Assembly: GCA_964019425.1 (NCBI GenBank)
Contig: OZ025801.1
Coordinates: 1,116,001-1,180,000 of the forward strand
Direction: 5' to 3'
From: Flectonema sp. DT1601
Lineage: Eukaryota
DNA length: 64,000 bases
In this document: positions 11,862-24,653 of the stretch, piece after piece
Layout: each line of letters begins with the position of its first letter
Position numbering within the stretch: the first letter of the stretch is position 1
Translations under genes and position numbers: made by a program
The notes under the pieces: model-generated
What the model saw: the letters and a program-made list of their open reading frames with translations, nothing else
Told to the model about the DNA's origin: nothing
Databases searched by the model: none

Positions 11862-13594
11862 ATGGAAGCATTAAAGAAAGCTGGCTACCAATATGTTGAA
11901 GCGAGTACTGACAGAGAGGCTGACTTGGTACTTCGCCAAGCTGGCAACGCATCAGCAGGATTTGAATGGAAAGGACAAGAAGACTACGACACCCTCGGAG
12001 AAGCAGTGACTGGCTATCTCTATGAGATGTTGACGGAGAAGTATAAATTCGACAGACATGACTTTTCTGAAGATCAGAAAGACGATGAAGACTATGAAGA
12101 GATTCCAGTCTTCACAAAGAACTTAGACGCCGAAGTGATAATATATTTAATACAAGGAAGTGGCGCAGTAACTGCCGGTATGTGGGCAAGAAGTCTCTGC
12201 ATCAACGAATCACTTCACGAAGGCACAATATTCCCCTACGTCAGAGCGGCATTAGACAGAAACTGGGGTGTCGTTGTATGCAATCCGAACATAGAAGCTA
12301 CCGGCAGTGAATGTTCAGAATACCACACTCTCAAAGTCTTTAACAAATTTATAAAGAATGCTCCTGCAAAGGAAATCGTCTGGGTAGCTCATTCCTATGG
12401 AGGATGGTCAACAATGTATTGTTTGAGGCATTTCAAACCTGCAGATATTCAGAGAATTAAGTGTGTGGCTTTTACTGACTCAGTCCACTCTCTGAAGAAC
12501 AGAAAATTGTCGGAAGCGCAGATTGCTCGAACAAAGAATCCAAAACACACGAGAGAAATATTAAAATGGAAGTTACAACTAATCCCTGAGACCTTCGATG
12601 ACTTACCAGCGGATGTGATGTCGTTCTTGAAGAAGAAGTCACGCAATTGGGTACAATCAAAACTCCCTCTCGATACTGAAGTTGGTATTGATGAAGGAGT
12701 TCACTGTGTTAGTGCTGGACATAAAGATCACGTTTGGACCAGTGGAACTGCTTTCTCAGGAGTGTTCAAATTCATTGATTCATTCTTTCCTGTTGCTCCT
12801 TCTAAGCCGTCTGCTTCCACTGAAAGCGATACTTCAAATGACCCAGAAATCGCCACCAATATCGCCACAGCTATTCAGGTAAAAGAAAAAGGAAACCGCC
12901 TGTTAGAGGAAGGGAAATACAAAGCTGCCAGCTTCGAATATAAGAAGGCAAAATTATATCTGAAAGGTGTCCTTGATGAATCGGGAGGTGACGAGGTTTG
13001 TTTTTTTTTTTTAGTTTCATGTCAAATGACTCTCTCTAAGTAGTACTTTTATAACAAAACACCAAAAACAGATGATGAAGATGGCTCAGAATATTATGAA
13101 AAAGAAAAGTAAAGAAAAGAAGGCAAACAGCCAGCAACGGCAAGAAGCTCAGAAGGTTTTTATTAGCGTCTCTAATAATCTCAGTCAGGTATGGGGAATT
13201 GTTATTTATTATAACATCACAACAGAATACGAAGACAGCTAACAATCAACAAACAGGCTAAACTAAAACTCGAAGACTACACTACTGTGATGGAAGCCAC
13301 AGCTGATGTTCTTCGATTGGAACCAGGAAATGTGAAAGCATTATACAGAAGAGGAACAGCTGCCCTGCGATTGGGTTTGCTAGACGAGGCACAGGAAGCG
13401 CTTTCCGAAGTTGAAAAGAGCGAACCGAAGAGTGTTCAATTACTTCTTCAGGAGCTCAATCAGGTTTGTTGATGTGTTTTATTTATTAATTTCAACTTTC
13501 TGATCCTTTACGAAGTCTTAATAAGAAACCAAAACAGGCTTTAAAGAAAATCCGCAACAAGGAAAAAAGAGCCTATTCTCAAATGTTTAAGTAA
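11862..13594 (+). CDS. ARB2/FAM172-like alpha/beta-hydrolase-fold protein fused to an immunophilin-type TPR domain (exons 11862-12995, 13072-13188, 13257-13463, 13538-13594)
   Basis: LIQGSGAVTAGMWARSLCINESL, VAHSYGG, VAFTDSVH and SAGHKDH match FAM172/ARB2. Three GT-AG introns join in frame to KEKGNRLL...NNLSQ...NVKALYRRG...EKRAYSQMFK (TPR). Confidence 0.8.
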
Positions 13595-14155
13595 GCAAAC
13601 AGCTGGTTACGTAGAGCGTTAGACGGGTTTTACGGTTCATTATTTCTAGCCTTCATGAACGCCTGTCAATCACTAAAGTAGTATCTATTTGTAAAGGAGT
13701 GGCTTGCAGCTTGTTCTTGCGTTCTCTCTTTGTCAGCCTCATTACTATCCAACAGGCTTCCCGTGAGTGAGTTACACCTTAGCAGTGATTCAGAAGTTTA
13801 TTATTGATTTCGATTTTCGGAGAATTGTACTATTGTTAGTTTATGGAGGTGTCCCCAGGCGAGTGTTTTCTAATAAGAAGGAACATCCTAAAGAGTGAGA
13901 GTTTGTTCACACCTGTTGTCTTCCCCTAGCAAAACTTCTCTAGACTCACAGGAGCCTAAGTTTTATTTATTGTTTGAGGTGTTAATTTGAAATCTCTTGA
14001 CGGTCGAATGAATTTTTACATAAAATAAGTATTCACAAAGAAAGCTGAATTAACATTTCCCTCTTTTCGAATAGCAAACAAACAGATTCTACCTGAGAGT
14101 TAAAGGTGTTGTCTTTTTTCTTAATGAAATAATTCACTTCAGGGTGTTGAAAGAA

Positions 14156-15208
14156 ATGCCGGAGGTTGAACTCGAAGAGGAAACCAACCTAGGAGTGGAT
14201 GATACATTTGCGGTAATGTTTGGCGCTGAGCTGTTTAAGAAGTTCCACGCTGAACAGGGACACTTGTCTTGTAAGTCAGAAGAATGGGTGTATGAGTGTG
14301 GAAGCTTACGAAGAAATTTAGAGTACAACTTACCAGCAAATCCCTACTTGAGAATGCCCATCATATCTGTGAGAAGCAGTGAAGTTGCCACCAAAGAAAA
14401 AGATGGAACCTGGACCCTCGTCGGCAATGCCGCCAACGAGGGAAGTGAAATGGCTAAAGCCACTCACTGCAGTGCGAGGTATTCAATAACACCGTCAGGT
14501 GTTGGATCGAAAATAACTTGTTTAGTAAATTACTCATTTGAGCTTTCATCTATTCCCTGGGTATTTCAGAAAACTATTGAATTAGCAATGCATCGTGAGA
14601 TGAAAGAGGGACACAGAAAGTTCTTAACGGCCACGAAAAAAGCCATCCAAGAAGGAATGCGATCACCTCTTCCTGTCTTTCAACAACGTGAGCTGAATGA
14701 AATATCATTTCATTCAAAACCCAGCAGCTGTGCGAACAGCAGCATCGTTGGAGGATCTTTTCAAAGAGATGGATTCTTCACACCACTCGCTACTCCGAAT
14801 CATATTCCTGAAGAACAGGTCACACCAATTGCTTCAGAGATTGCACCACTCGACTGGTCTGTCGATAGAGATGTTGTGAAAGCTGAACCAACTACTACCA
14901 CAACCACTACCACTACTGCTACTGTACACCATCACGGAATTGGTGAACAGCAACTTCATCCTCGAAAGACAGAAGCAGCTGGTGAGTCTTATATACCGAA
15001 GTCACATAGACGTGATCGAAGATCTGGTAGTCCAGTTGCGATGGTTTCGGTAGACATTCCTCCTATCAGAGAGCACGGCCACCACCAGGGTCCCGACTCT
15101 CCAAAATCTCGTTCACATCCTCGAAAGTACCGAAAGCTAACTTTACTCATTTTAGCACTCGCAGCATCGTGGTGCCTTGGACACTTGTCTGCTGTAATGC
15201 AGAAGTGA
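14156..15208 (+). CDS. VASt (StART-like) lipid-transfer domain protein with C-terminal membrane anchor
   Basis: FAVMFGAELFKKFHAEQG..EEW..RRNLEY pattern of VASt domains; hydrophobic tail LTLLILALAASWCLG. Confidence 0.55.
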   Translation: MPEVELEEETNLGVDDTFAVMFGAELFKKFHAEQGHLSCKSEEWVYECGSLRRNLEYNLPANPYLRMPIISVRSSEVATKEKDGTWTLVGNAANEGSEMAKATHCSARYSITPSGVGSKITCLVNYSFELSSIPWVFQKTIELAMHREMKEGHRKFLTATKKAIQEGMRSPLPVFQQRELNEISFHSKPSSCANSSIVGGSFQRDGFFTPLATPNHIPEEQVTPIASEIAPLDWSVDRDVVKAEPTTTTTTTTTATVHHHGIGEQQLHPRKTEAAGESYIPKSHRRDRRSGSPVAMVSVDIPPIREHGHHQGPDSPKSRSHPRKYRKLTLLILALAASWCLGHLSAVMQK

Positions 15209-16052
15209 TAATCCCCAGTTGATAACATCCAAAGAGGTGACTGACACAGTAACGCAGCCCATAATTATTATTATTGTCGCTCTTACTGACAATACCCAGC
15301 TAGTTAAATGTATCCATTAACCCGCTTATCGTATTCACTGTAGGGTACGGTAGTGTTGATGAAACAAATATTGTTGCCGTTTATATTTTTCTTTTTTTTT
15401 TTTTCAAAAATTTAATTCTTGCGATTATTTCAAAACCTAATTTGAGTAGTAGAGAATTAGTAAATACAATTCAAGAGTGATAATAGATTGTTGAGTCTTT
15501 TTTTTGTGGTTTTTAGAAACCCTCACATAAACTCAATAGTTTTACGCTGCACTTTTCTAAAACGGTTTTTCTTGTAGGTTCGCAGAAGGAGGATCATCAT
15601 CGATCGGTGATTCGAATTCATTTGTTCTGTTCTGTGCACCAGTTCTGTGGAACCGTTCTGATGGTTTCAAAAATATTCGACGCTTCAGTCTTTCGATAGT
15701 TTTATTGTTCTGGCCTTTCGCACGAGATTATTTCGTAAAGTCCACAGCGATTGTCGCGCTGGTTCACGTAACCATTCAAAGAGACAGCTGCTGTCAGTCT
15801 TTGATTTGTTTTATTTCAGTTTCAGTAGTTCAGTTGTGGTACGTACGATTAGCATCAATTTGAAGCACCTCATAGAGTTGCTCTTTGAAGGTTTGAATAA
15901 CAGTTGAGTGATTGCATTACAATACTTCTCAATCAGGGAGGGGAGGGAGGTAATGGAATACGACGTTTAGGAATTTGTGTTTTGTTTCTTTTAATGAATG
16001 TCGGTATAACATCAACACATTCCATTTTTTCAGGTTTAAAGCTCCGTCAGAG

Positions 16053-17405
16053 ATGTCTTCCCCTGCTGTTAACTTGAAGGCATTTCATGGCATCTCGACG
16101 TTGGATTTGAAGCGGACCAACGCACCGCGTGGAGGAACTGCCCCAGTGATCATGAGAAAGGATGGCCCGGCGTTGATCTCACCGAGGGCGAGGAAGGCCG
16201 TTGCTGTTGGGAATATTATTTCCCCAAGAGCCAGGAGGTTAGGAGAGTCTCCAAAGACAGGAGGAACAAAGAGAGTTGCTGGAAGTAGAAAAGGAAGTAC
16301 TTCATCTCAAAGTATGACTCATGCACCTCCAAGAGGACCATCAACAAGTATCCCAAGAGGGGCAACAACAAGTAGAACGAGTTACGGGTCTTCAGCTTCG
16401 AGAGGATTCAGTCTAAGCATTCCAAAGGGTGCATCTGGTCTTCCTTGGGCATCATCAGCTGCCAGTCTCCCTAGGGCTGGTAGTACGAGCCTTCCTCGTG
16501 GGTACAGTTCTAGTCTACCTCGTGGTCCTGGTCCAGCCGTAGTCACTTCTCCTAAAGCCAGGAAGCGTCCTACGCAATCCTTTAGAACAACTTCTTCACA
16601 ACCTCCTCAGTGTTTGAGTCCGACTTCATCACCTTCTCTAAGTCACACTTTTAAATCACCGAGTAGATCAATGAGTCCAATGATTAGACCAACTGCAGCA
16701 GATCCAATCGAACCTTTAGACAGGAGTGCATCAACATCACCAGTTGGACATGGACACAGAGGATTCTCATGGTCATCTGTTAGACCTTCTGATATTACTA
16801 CTAAACAACAATGGGAAAGTTTAATTAGTAATGATATGGAAGTAGCTGGTGAGATTACTGATCAATGTGGTAGAATAGCTGATGCTGCTGCTGGTGTTGA
16901 GATGATCGCCGACCAGATTCGTGAGCTGGAAAGTAGGCAGTCAGAGAACTACTACTCTGCAGCTTCAGAAACTAATAATAATTATTACACTCCACCTCCA
17001 GACATGGACAGGTCACCATCACCATACGAGAGTACTGAAGAATTCGGTAGTGTTACCAGCTTACTAGTCAGATCTCAAAGAGTTAGTACCATCACAGAAA
17101 GAAGAGAACAGTTAGTAAGAGAACTACTTGAAGAAGACCCAGTTGCTATTGAAGATTTAATTAAACAGCCGGCAGGAACTTCGTGTTTAGCAGCGCTCTC
17201 AATAGGAGCAGAAGACAGCGAAGAGACAAAGAGGGAGCGACGTGAACAATTAATAAGAGAACTGAGACAAGCAAACCCTCCCTGCAGACACGCTCGCACA
17301 GAAATTACAGCTGTTACGACTGAGCTTTCAACACTGTCGACTGAAGTTAAGAAGTCGTGGGCCCCTAACAAACGACACTTCAGTAAACCATACGATGATA
17401 AATAG
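16053..17405 (+). CDS. Ser/Pro/Arg-rich low-complexity hypothetical protein
   Basis: Long ORF; first ATG at 16053 follows a pyrimidine tract and AG; repeated SPR and S(L/I)PRG motifs. Confidence 0.7.
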   Translation: MSSPAVNLKAFHGISTLDLKRTNAPRGGTAPVIMRKDGPALISPRARKAVAVGNIISPRARRLGESPKTGGTKRVAGSRKGSTSSQSMTHAPPRGPSTSIPRGATTSRTSYGSSASRGFSLSIPKGASGLPWASSAASLPRAGSTSLPRGYSSSLPRGPGPAVVTSPKARKRPTQSFRTTSSQPPQCLSPTSSPSLSHTFKSPSRSMSPMIRPTAADPIEPLDRSASTSPVGHGHRGFSWSSVRPSDITTKQQWESLISNDMEVAGEITDQCGRIADAAAGVEMIADQIRELESRQSENYYSAASETNNNYYTPPPDMDRSPSPYESTEEFGSVTSLLVRSQRVSTITERREQLVRELLEEDPVAIEDLIKQPAGTSCLAALSIGAEDSEETKRERREQLIRELRQANPPCRHARTEITAVTTELSTLSTEVKKSWAPNKRHFSKPYDDK

Positions 17406-17556
17406 TTGACCACTCTTTTGTATTCCCTTGCAGCCTTAACCCAGCTCTTTGCTACTATTCCTGCTTGAGGGTGACTTACTCGCTCTTCGGCCAATCAAAT
17501 CAATCAACAAAAACCCTTTATGAGACGACAGCAACTTCTCCAAGAAAAAAGAATGA

Positions 17557-17587
<31 letters not shown>

Positions 17588-20500
17588 GAAAGAACGAAAG
17601 AAATAATTATAAAAAAAAAAGGGTGTGGCGAAATCGAACTTGTAACCCTCCCTTGGTCGTGTTTGCTATGGATTATTTATATCTGTAACAACACTTTGTA
17701 GCTGTGGATTAATCGATGCCAGTATATGAGAAGGTCTTCTTGACTGTAAACAAATAGAGGCATTTTGCAAACGAAATCAATTAGTCGTTGAGATGGGAGA
17801 AACTGAAAAGAAGAATCTAGATGGGAAAAAAAAAAAAAAAGAGAAATGAACCATCGAACACAAGAAAGAACGGAATACGTCATGCTCTCCCCCTCACGTT
17901 CTACTACCCCTCTATTCTGTTCCTTGTCGGTTTATTACTTATTATTTTCTTTTTTTTTTGTCTTTTTTTTTCTTTTGATTGTCCACAACGTACTTAATGT
18001 AATAAATGTTTTTTTTTTTTTTTTTTTTTTTTTTTCACCTTCGAAGAGTCTTTCTTTTTTTGTTTGCTGCAGCCACGTGAAGGTACAAGTTCGCCGACAC
18101 CTGAACAACTGTTCTCAATTACTCCAACGAGACATAATATTTATATCATAAAAAGTATTGCTCAGAACAGTTTAACCTCCCCTACGTCTCCCCCTACGTC
18201 TCAGCTAAGTTAGAAAATATTATTATAATGTAAAGTCTTCTACGTCATCAGCAGAGAGTTTACCTTTTAGTCAACACGTATCATAACTAACGTTACCTTT
18301 GGTACAAATACAGATATTAATATTCTTCATAAATATATTCAACATTTCAACTTCCCATTAGTTCTCGGCTATCGGATGTGGTCTGCTGAGATGCTTTTTA
18401 AAAAAAAAAAAAAGAAACTCTCAGTTAGAGCAGTGTAGGTAATCAAGTGGTGCAGCAGCAACGATAAATATTATAATTTTGGTAGAGAGATTGCGGTTGG
18501 GAGGAAAAACTGCTTACGGGAGGTTTGCTCGCGTGTTGGCGCTTCACTCTTTGAACCAGTTCTTTAATTTTTCCTTTTTTTTTATTTTTATTTTTGTTTT
18601 AAATCTGTCGGTAGAATTTCGTTGCGGCATTCCCCCCCCCAACCCCCACCACAATCACAAAAAATAATAAGATTGCGGTATTTTGGAACAGAGGGACACC
18701 CTAATAGGAAGTTCCAAATCTTGTCACATGTGATCACAGTGCTCTCCAACCCCCCAACCCTTTGCGTGCGTTGAATGGGTGATATGGATTCGTTATTCAG
18801 CATCATGTATGAGAAGGGCTGTAGTTGTGTTGGATACAACACCTTTATTGTACTAATCCACTCCAATGACATTACGAGGTCCGATGACCTGCCCCGAATT
18901 CCTCAGCGATCTGATTGTGAAGTTCCTTTTTCGTCGTCGAATCCAAACAATTAATTAGGTTCGACTTTTTTTTTTATTTTTTATCTTTTTCTCCTTCTAC
19001 ATCATACTCATTCTTCTGTTATGTGGCATTTAGTAATGTGTAGCTATCTGTGTGTAAGCTTAATCTTTCTTTGATTGTGAGCAAGCTTCCCTGTGTCTAT
19101 ACAGCTCTTGGAGAAAGAACACCTCACTTGAATTAAATACAATTAATCTTTAAAGAGGTGTGGAGCGAATTACCGAAACGGTCTCTTTCTATGAGCCGCT
19201 TGTGTTACTTCTCGTTTTTTTTTTTTTTTTATATTATTGTTTTTTAGTTGTTTCCTTTGTTTCCCAAGCTCACCACTCTCAGTACCAGATCAGACAGGAA
19301 GCAACCCCTGAGTGGGAACGGACCCTTTTTTACTCATCCTCCTTTTCCTCTCAGTTTTTTTTGTTGTCTTAGTAATTGCATGTGTAAAGTTAAGAGGTTG
19401 GTAAGCTACCTGATTGTTGCTGCCTCTTTGCCGCAAGGTAAAGATAGATTCTCTCAGTCCCCCTTGTTTTTTTTGTTTTTTTTTTTTGTTTGTTTCCCCC
19501 ACCCAGTTTCGTGTACAAGCCGTAAGGTAAATTATTATTCTTCACTAGCCACAGTTGAGTAATTATGACCTCACTGAAAACACCACTTTAAGGGAAACCA
19601 AGTATCAGCATCGTTCTATTATCTCTTCATTTAATTGCCGAATAGCTTTCTTTTTGACATAATTGCGCAGTGTACGATACGATGATTAACTTGATGAAAA
19701 AACGCATAAATAAATAGAGATTCCTGTGCTTCTTTTTTTTTTCTCTTTTCCTTTTTTTTTTTTTTGCAAGAAACTATTCAGATTAAGAGCTGTTCCTGTT
19801 CGCCAGTAATACTGTCTGCGATCAAAACAAGACATAAGACTTTTATCTGAAAAAAAAAAAAAAATTTTTTTTTGTGCGAAAAAGAGCTGACAAAAAAATT
19901 TTTTTTGAAGAAAAAAAAAAGAAAAAAAAAAAAAAAAACAATGAAAGAATAGTCGGATTAATTATCGAGACAAACGAAAAAAAAACCAAAAATAAGTTTA
20001 TATAAAACATCCATCATGGGTTATGGTGTTGGGATGCTACAACTCAATTCAACCAAGGTATTCTTGTTCTTTTATTTCGTACGTTCTTTTCGACTTTTAA
20101 ATGAGGTCATTGGGACTACATCTTTCTCTTTGTTTTTTCCTAATCAACGTAAACTATTGAGGAAAGGGAGAAACAATTTAATTAGAAAACAATCTTACTT
20201 CCCACACATGTTACACCACTCATTTTTTATTTTAGAGAGAAAATGTGAATTCTCTCTCTAAATTAAAAAAGTCTGTCGCGTGACATTAGTACAGCAGATG
20301 AATACCATATATGTAATAAGGGTTATTATTGTAGCCGTCTGTGACACGTAACGATGCTGGGCCTTTTAACCCAAACTCAAAGACACTTTTTATCACAATC
20401 ACTGAAGTAATTGAAAAGAGATCCCGTTGCAGTTCCTTTATTGGTTAACAATATAACAAAAGAAGGGGGAGAACACCCTGTTTTGATTATTGTAGAGCAG

Positions 20501-21019
20501 GGGTGCTTTTTTTTTTTTTTTTTTTTTTTTCATATGAAAAAAAAATTATAAGTATGAAAAGTGTGCTGTGTTTTCTTTTTTCCCCTCTTCTTATTCAAGC
20601 AATCCAATATTCATTTTCTCTGCATTCTACCAAATCAGCCTCATAATATATTATGTTTGTGTGACGTGTGCTATGTTAAAATAGTATAGGAAGGTAGGAA
20701 AAGGTTTTATCACTTTGATGCTTCCGAAGCAAATTGTTCTTTCTGAGCCTCCGATTAAATGTGTCAGTTAGAGTGCTATTAGTCTCTTCTGTTTGTAGAA
20801 ATAGATGCAGAGTGAATTTAGTTAGTCACTTACAAAAAAAAAAAAAAAAACGTAGTTACTGGAGCAACGCGATCGTCTTTTTTTATTTATGCGAGAATGG
20901 TGTTCACTTGGATCTGGTCTTTCCAAGTTAGCGTCACAAAAAGAAAAAGTAAAAGAGTTTTTTTTTGAAAATGTTAAAAATTTCTTTTTTTACCTACAAA
21001 CCCATTGTTCGGTAGAAAG

Positions 21020-21127
21020 AGAGAATTGTGGAAGCGCGTAACCTATTCCTTTATTAGGATTTTGGATTGGTTGCGCGCTAACAAAACAAAAGTGTGAGTA
21101 AGAAATTAAAAAGTAAAGTTTCCCGAT

Positions 21128-21134
<7 letters not shown>
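21020..21134. repeat. ~115-bp dispersed repeat, copy 1
   Basis: Clearly alignable to 38631-38747 (agagaattgtgg...aacctattcctttattaggatttt...ggttgcgcgc.aacaaaa.aaaagtgtgagt...ccgattcttttt). Confidence 0.85.
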
Positions 21135-21164
<30 letters not shown>

Positions 21165-23178
21165 TATGCAACCCTCTAATCTCTTGCTATTCGTATTTGG
21201 TCTATAAGTATTGTAACCATTCGCATAGCTGTAGAGCCTGTCACTGTATCCTGAGAGGGCTCGTGAGGGCTTGAAAAAAAAAAAGAGAAATAAAAAATTA
21301 TCTGCCTCACATAGTCATAGTTCTGAACTAGTGGTGTTTTACCTTGTTGGTTAATGTGATTTTTTAAAAAAAAAAAAAAAAAAAAGAGGGCGGTAGGAAT
21401 AAATGTCAAACGTGTGGATGTCATCAAGTGCTGAGTCAATAAAAGAAATTTGTATTCACCCATACCCCCCCCCTCCCCCCAACCCAGTGTCCGCTGATCA
21501 TCCTATCGGTAATGGTAAGACGACTTGAGACTTCCGATGTGTTAACTTCTTGCGATAGATTCTCTGCACATTGAATGAAAAAAAGCTGTCCGACGTCAAA
21601 CCTGACTTTTTTGGAATTATTTCTACAGCCCTTTTGAAGTAACGTTTTTTGTTTTTTTTTATTTTTTCAAATTTGTAAGTACTTGCAGACCACCTGACGG
21701 TGGACATCTCACCGGTAGGAGAGTCTAGCATGGCTTGACTTCCCTGTTTTCAATAAAGAGACGCGGTTTGACCGTTTTTTTATTTTTGTTTTTTTATGTT
21801 CCTTTCCTTTTTTTTTTTTTTTTTCTTTGCTGCTTTTTTTTGGGGGAAAAAAAAAAAGAAGAAAAAAAAATATTTATGAGAGCAGCGTACGTAACGAATC
21901 TCCTGAACCATATCTTAAAAAGAGGTAAGTAAGCAGATAATAATAATAGTAGAATTCATCCAGTCTACCACTCTTTGTTGTTCGCTGTACGATTTCACAT
22001 TAACTATGCAGCTATTTCTCTTAAACCATTAGTTCCCTTTCCCCTGTTCTCCTCTTGCAGGTACTTGCGCGACATGTGTCACTCACAAAAATTAAAATTT
22101 CTGTTTTTTTTAAAAAAACGCAGCTCACTCCTTAGCGTTATTTTTTAACTGAAAAAAAGGGAGTCCTCCAACCTTTGAGCTGCCGAAGTTGGATTTACTC
22201 GAATACCCTTCTCCGTTTGTCGGAGTTGGAGATGACTTCTTAAAACAATTGATAAGTCTACAATTGTACACTACTTTGTACACTGATCAATTATTTATAA
22301 GAATAATTTTCGCCTTTTTTTAGCTTCCTCGGTTGGATGGAAGAGATCATCGTTTTTTTTTTTTTTTTCTCTGTGAAGTGATACTTTCCCACCCACCCCT
22401 CACTTTTTTTTATTCATGTTTTGTATTTTAATTTTTTTTTTTTTTTTTTATAGTGGGGGGGGTATTTGTTATTATAAATCGTTACAGCAAGGCGCTTTGA
22501 TAAAGCAGCGTTCCCTCCCCTCGTCCCCGTTCTGAATAGTTTGCTAACCACTTGAGAAGGAGAGAGAAAAAAGAGAGAGATATTAGTACTCATATCGATG
22601 ATGTTCACTTTCCTTTCCTTTCGACCGATTGCATTCCAGCATGCTACTATTAGTGAAGACCGTGAAGAAGATATCCAGCCGTGCGAAAATTTAATTTGTT
22701 TTTTTGTAGTTTGATGTGTTGTTTTTTACCCATCACTGACATACATTGACATAATTAATAAGGGAAAAAAAAAAAAAAACAATTTTTTCCTGCATGTTCG
22801 CTTCCCGTGTGATTTATTAAAGAGATCTCTGCGGTGGTCTTTGTTGTCATATGAATGTCAAATCGGTTAATTCCTTCACTGCGGCGGTTCTTCACCACCT
22901 TGCCCCAATGAAATTTGTGGGGTTCAAAATTCCCTTTTTCGTTTTGCTTTTTTTTTTGCGCATTTTTATTTTTGCTTGTTTCCGATGTGTCTGTTCGGAA
23001 TTCTATTTGTATTTCGAATACCCTAAATCTAATTATCTGCTTAACATGTTTTTTTTTTTTTTTTTTTCCTTTGGATTAAATAAATAAATATTTCTTCCGC
23101 TTTCCATGCTTTTGGTAGATTTTGAGTCTCCCCATTGCAAAGGTTGTTTTTTACAGTGGGATTCCAGTGTGTCCGCTG

Positions 23179-23209
<31 letters not shown>

Positions 23210-24653
23210 ATTTAATAGTGATGCTTACGTCTTAAGAAAAAAAAAAAAAAAAAAAAAAAAGATAGTCGTGTGTGTGACTTATTTAATAGTGCACCCCCCT
23301 CAGGAAACTATTCGGAGTCCTGAGTGAAAATATACACTAAATTAATAATTAAAAAAAAAAAAAAAAGGTATAGTGACCGAGCTTTTCGTTCGCAAGAGCG
23401 TGGATGAGTGTAAATATGAAATGCTTCATGGAGAGCATCGAAGAGGGTAAAAAAAGATACTGTCAAAAAAAAAAAAAACTCTCTTTGTTTTGAACTTTAT
23501 CGTAAATTTTCAATATATTTTTTTCTCTTTTAATAATGCTACGGATTAAAACATTGAATCGCAATAAAAGGCGATGAATTTGTTTTTCTTTCTTCTTTTT
23601 TTTTTTTTCTCTTATTATTATTATTTGTTTATATTCTTACGCACCCTTGATGACATCACCATAAAAGTCTCCTTTAACCGTCCTGATGCCAAAACTGGCA
23701 TCGACCGTTGAGGTGCCGTATTTCTTTTCCGTGTGGTTTCACAGCATGATAAGCGTGTGGTTGTTATTTCTTTTTTTCTTTTTTTTTTTGAGAACAGATG
23801 AGTGACGATTAATTATACCGGTAAGACCCCCCAGAGAGAGTGGTGAACTTTTTTGAGGATATTTATTGTGTTTTTATAAATGCTGCTGAATCGTTTCACC
23901 TCCCACAGAGTTGCTTTATTTCTTTTTGACTACTTCTATAGTAGTTCGCCTGCTGAGTTACGTTGCGTTCGCAAGTAGGCGTGTGATCGCTCACACTAAT
24001 AGAAAACTCGCAAACCAAATTTTTTTTTTTTTTTTTTTTAATATCGTAAAGTATATTAACTTTTTTGTGGCTGTATTAAAAGTTTATTTCTTGCTTACGC
24101 GTATTACGGTGGGTGAAAGAGAGGTAATGTATTAATTCGAGTAATCGTTCACATGACGAGATCGCGGTTTCTTTTTTTTTCTTTTTTTTTTTTCCCTCTT
24201 TCTTTTTCTGCTCGTGGTCTACTTTTCTTGCGAGTCGATATGTGTATATATCTTTTCGTTCATAGTTTTTTTTTTATTTTGTTCATCTCTTTTTTTTCTT
24301 TGCGGCTTCCTGTTGGCACTACTGCGGTCCTCCCTCTCTGCTCCTTTAGGGCGTTGGTAACTAACAGCGCGGCATATTTCATAATTTTTTTTATTGTCCG
24401 TTCTTCTGAGTAACTCCTCCCCCTTCCCCCAAAGGGGGCCCGTTCTTCATTTTCAGGAGCGTTGGAGTGTCGTAGAGCTTTCCCTGTCTGGTTCACCCTG
24501 GTATTCCCCCTCACCCCTTTCATACCTCAACATCCCGATTATTGTAAGCGATATATATGATAATAACTTTTAGTATAACATAGCAATCCTTTTCTCTTAT
24601 TCTACAGCAACTCAATAATGAAATACCACTGAAGGTCTGAGTAATAGATTAAC

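Noticed and set aside
19849..19910. Inverted repeats of A- and T-runs
   Set aside because: Expected by chance from homopolymer density.
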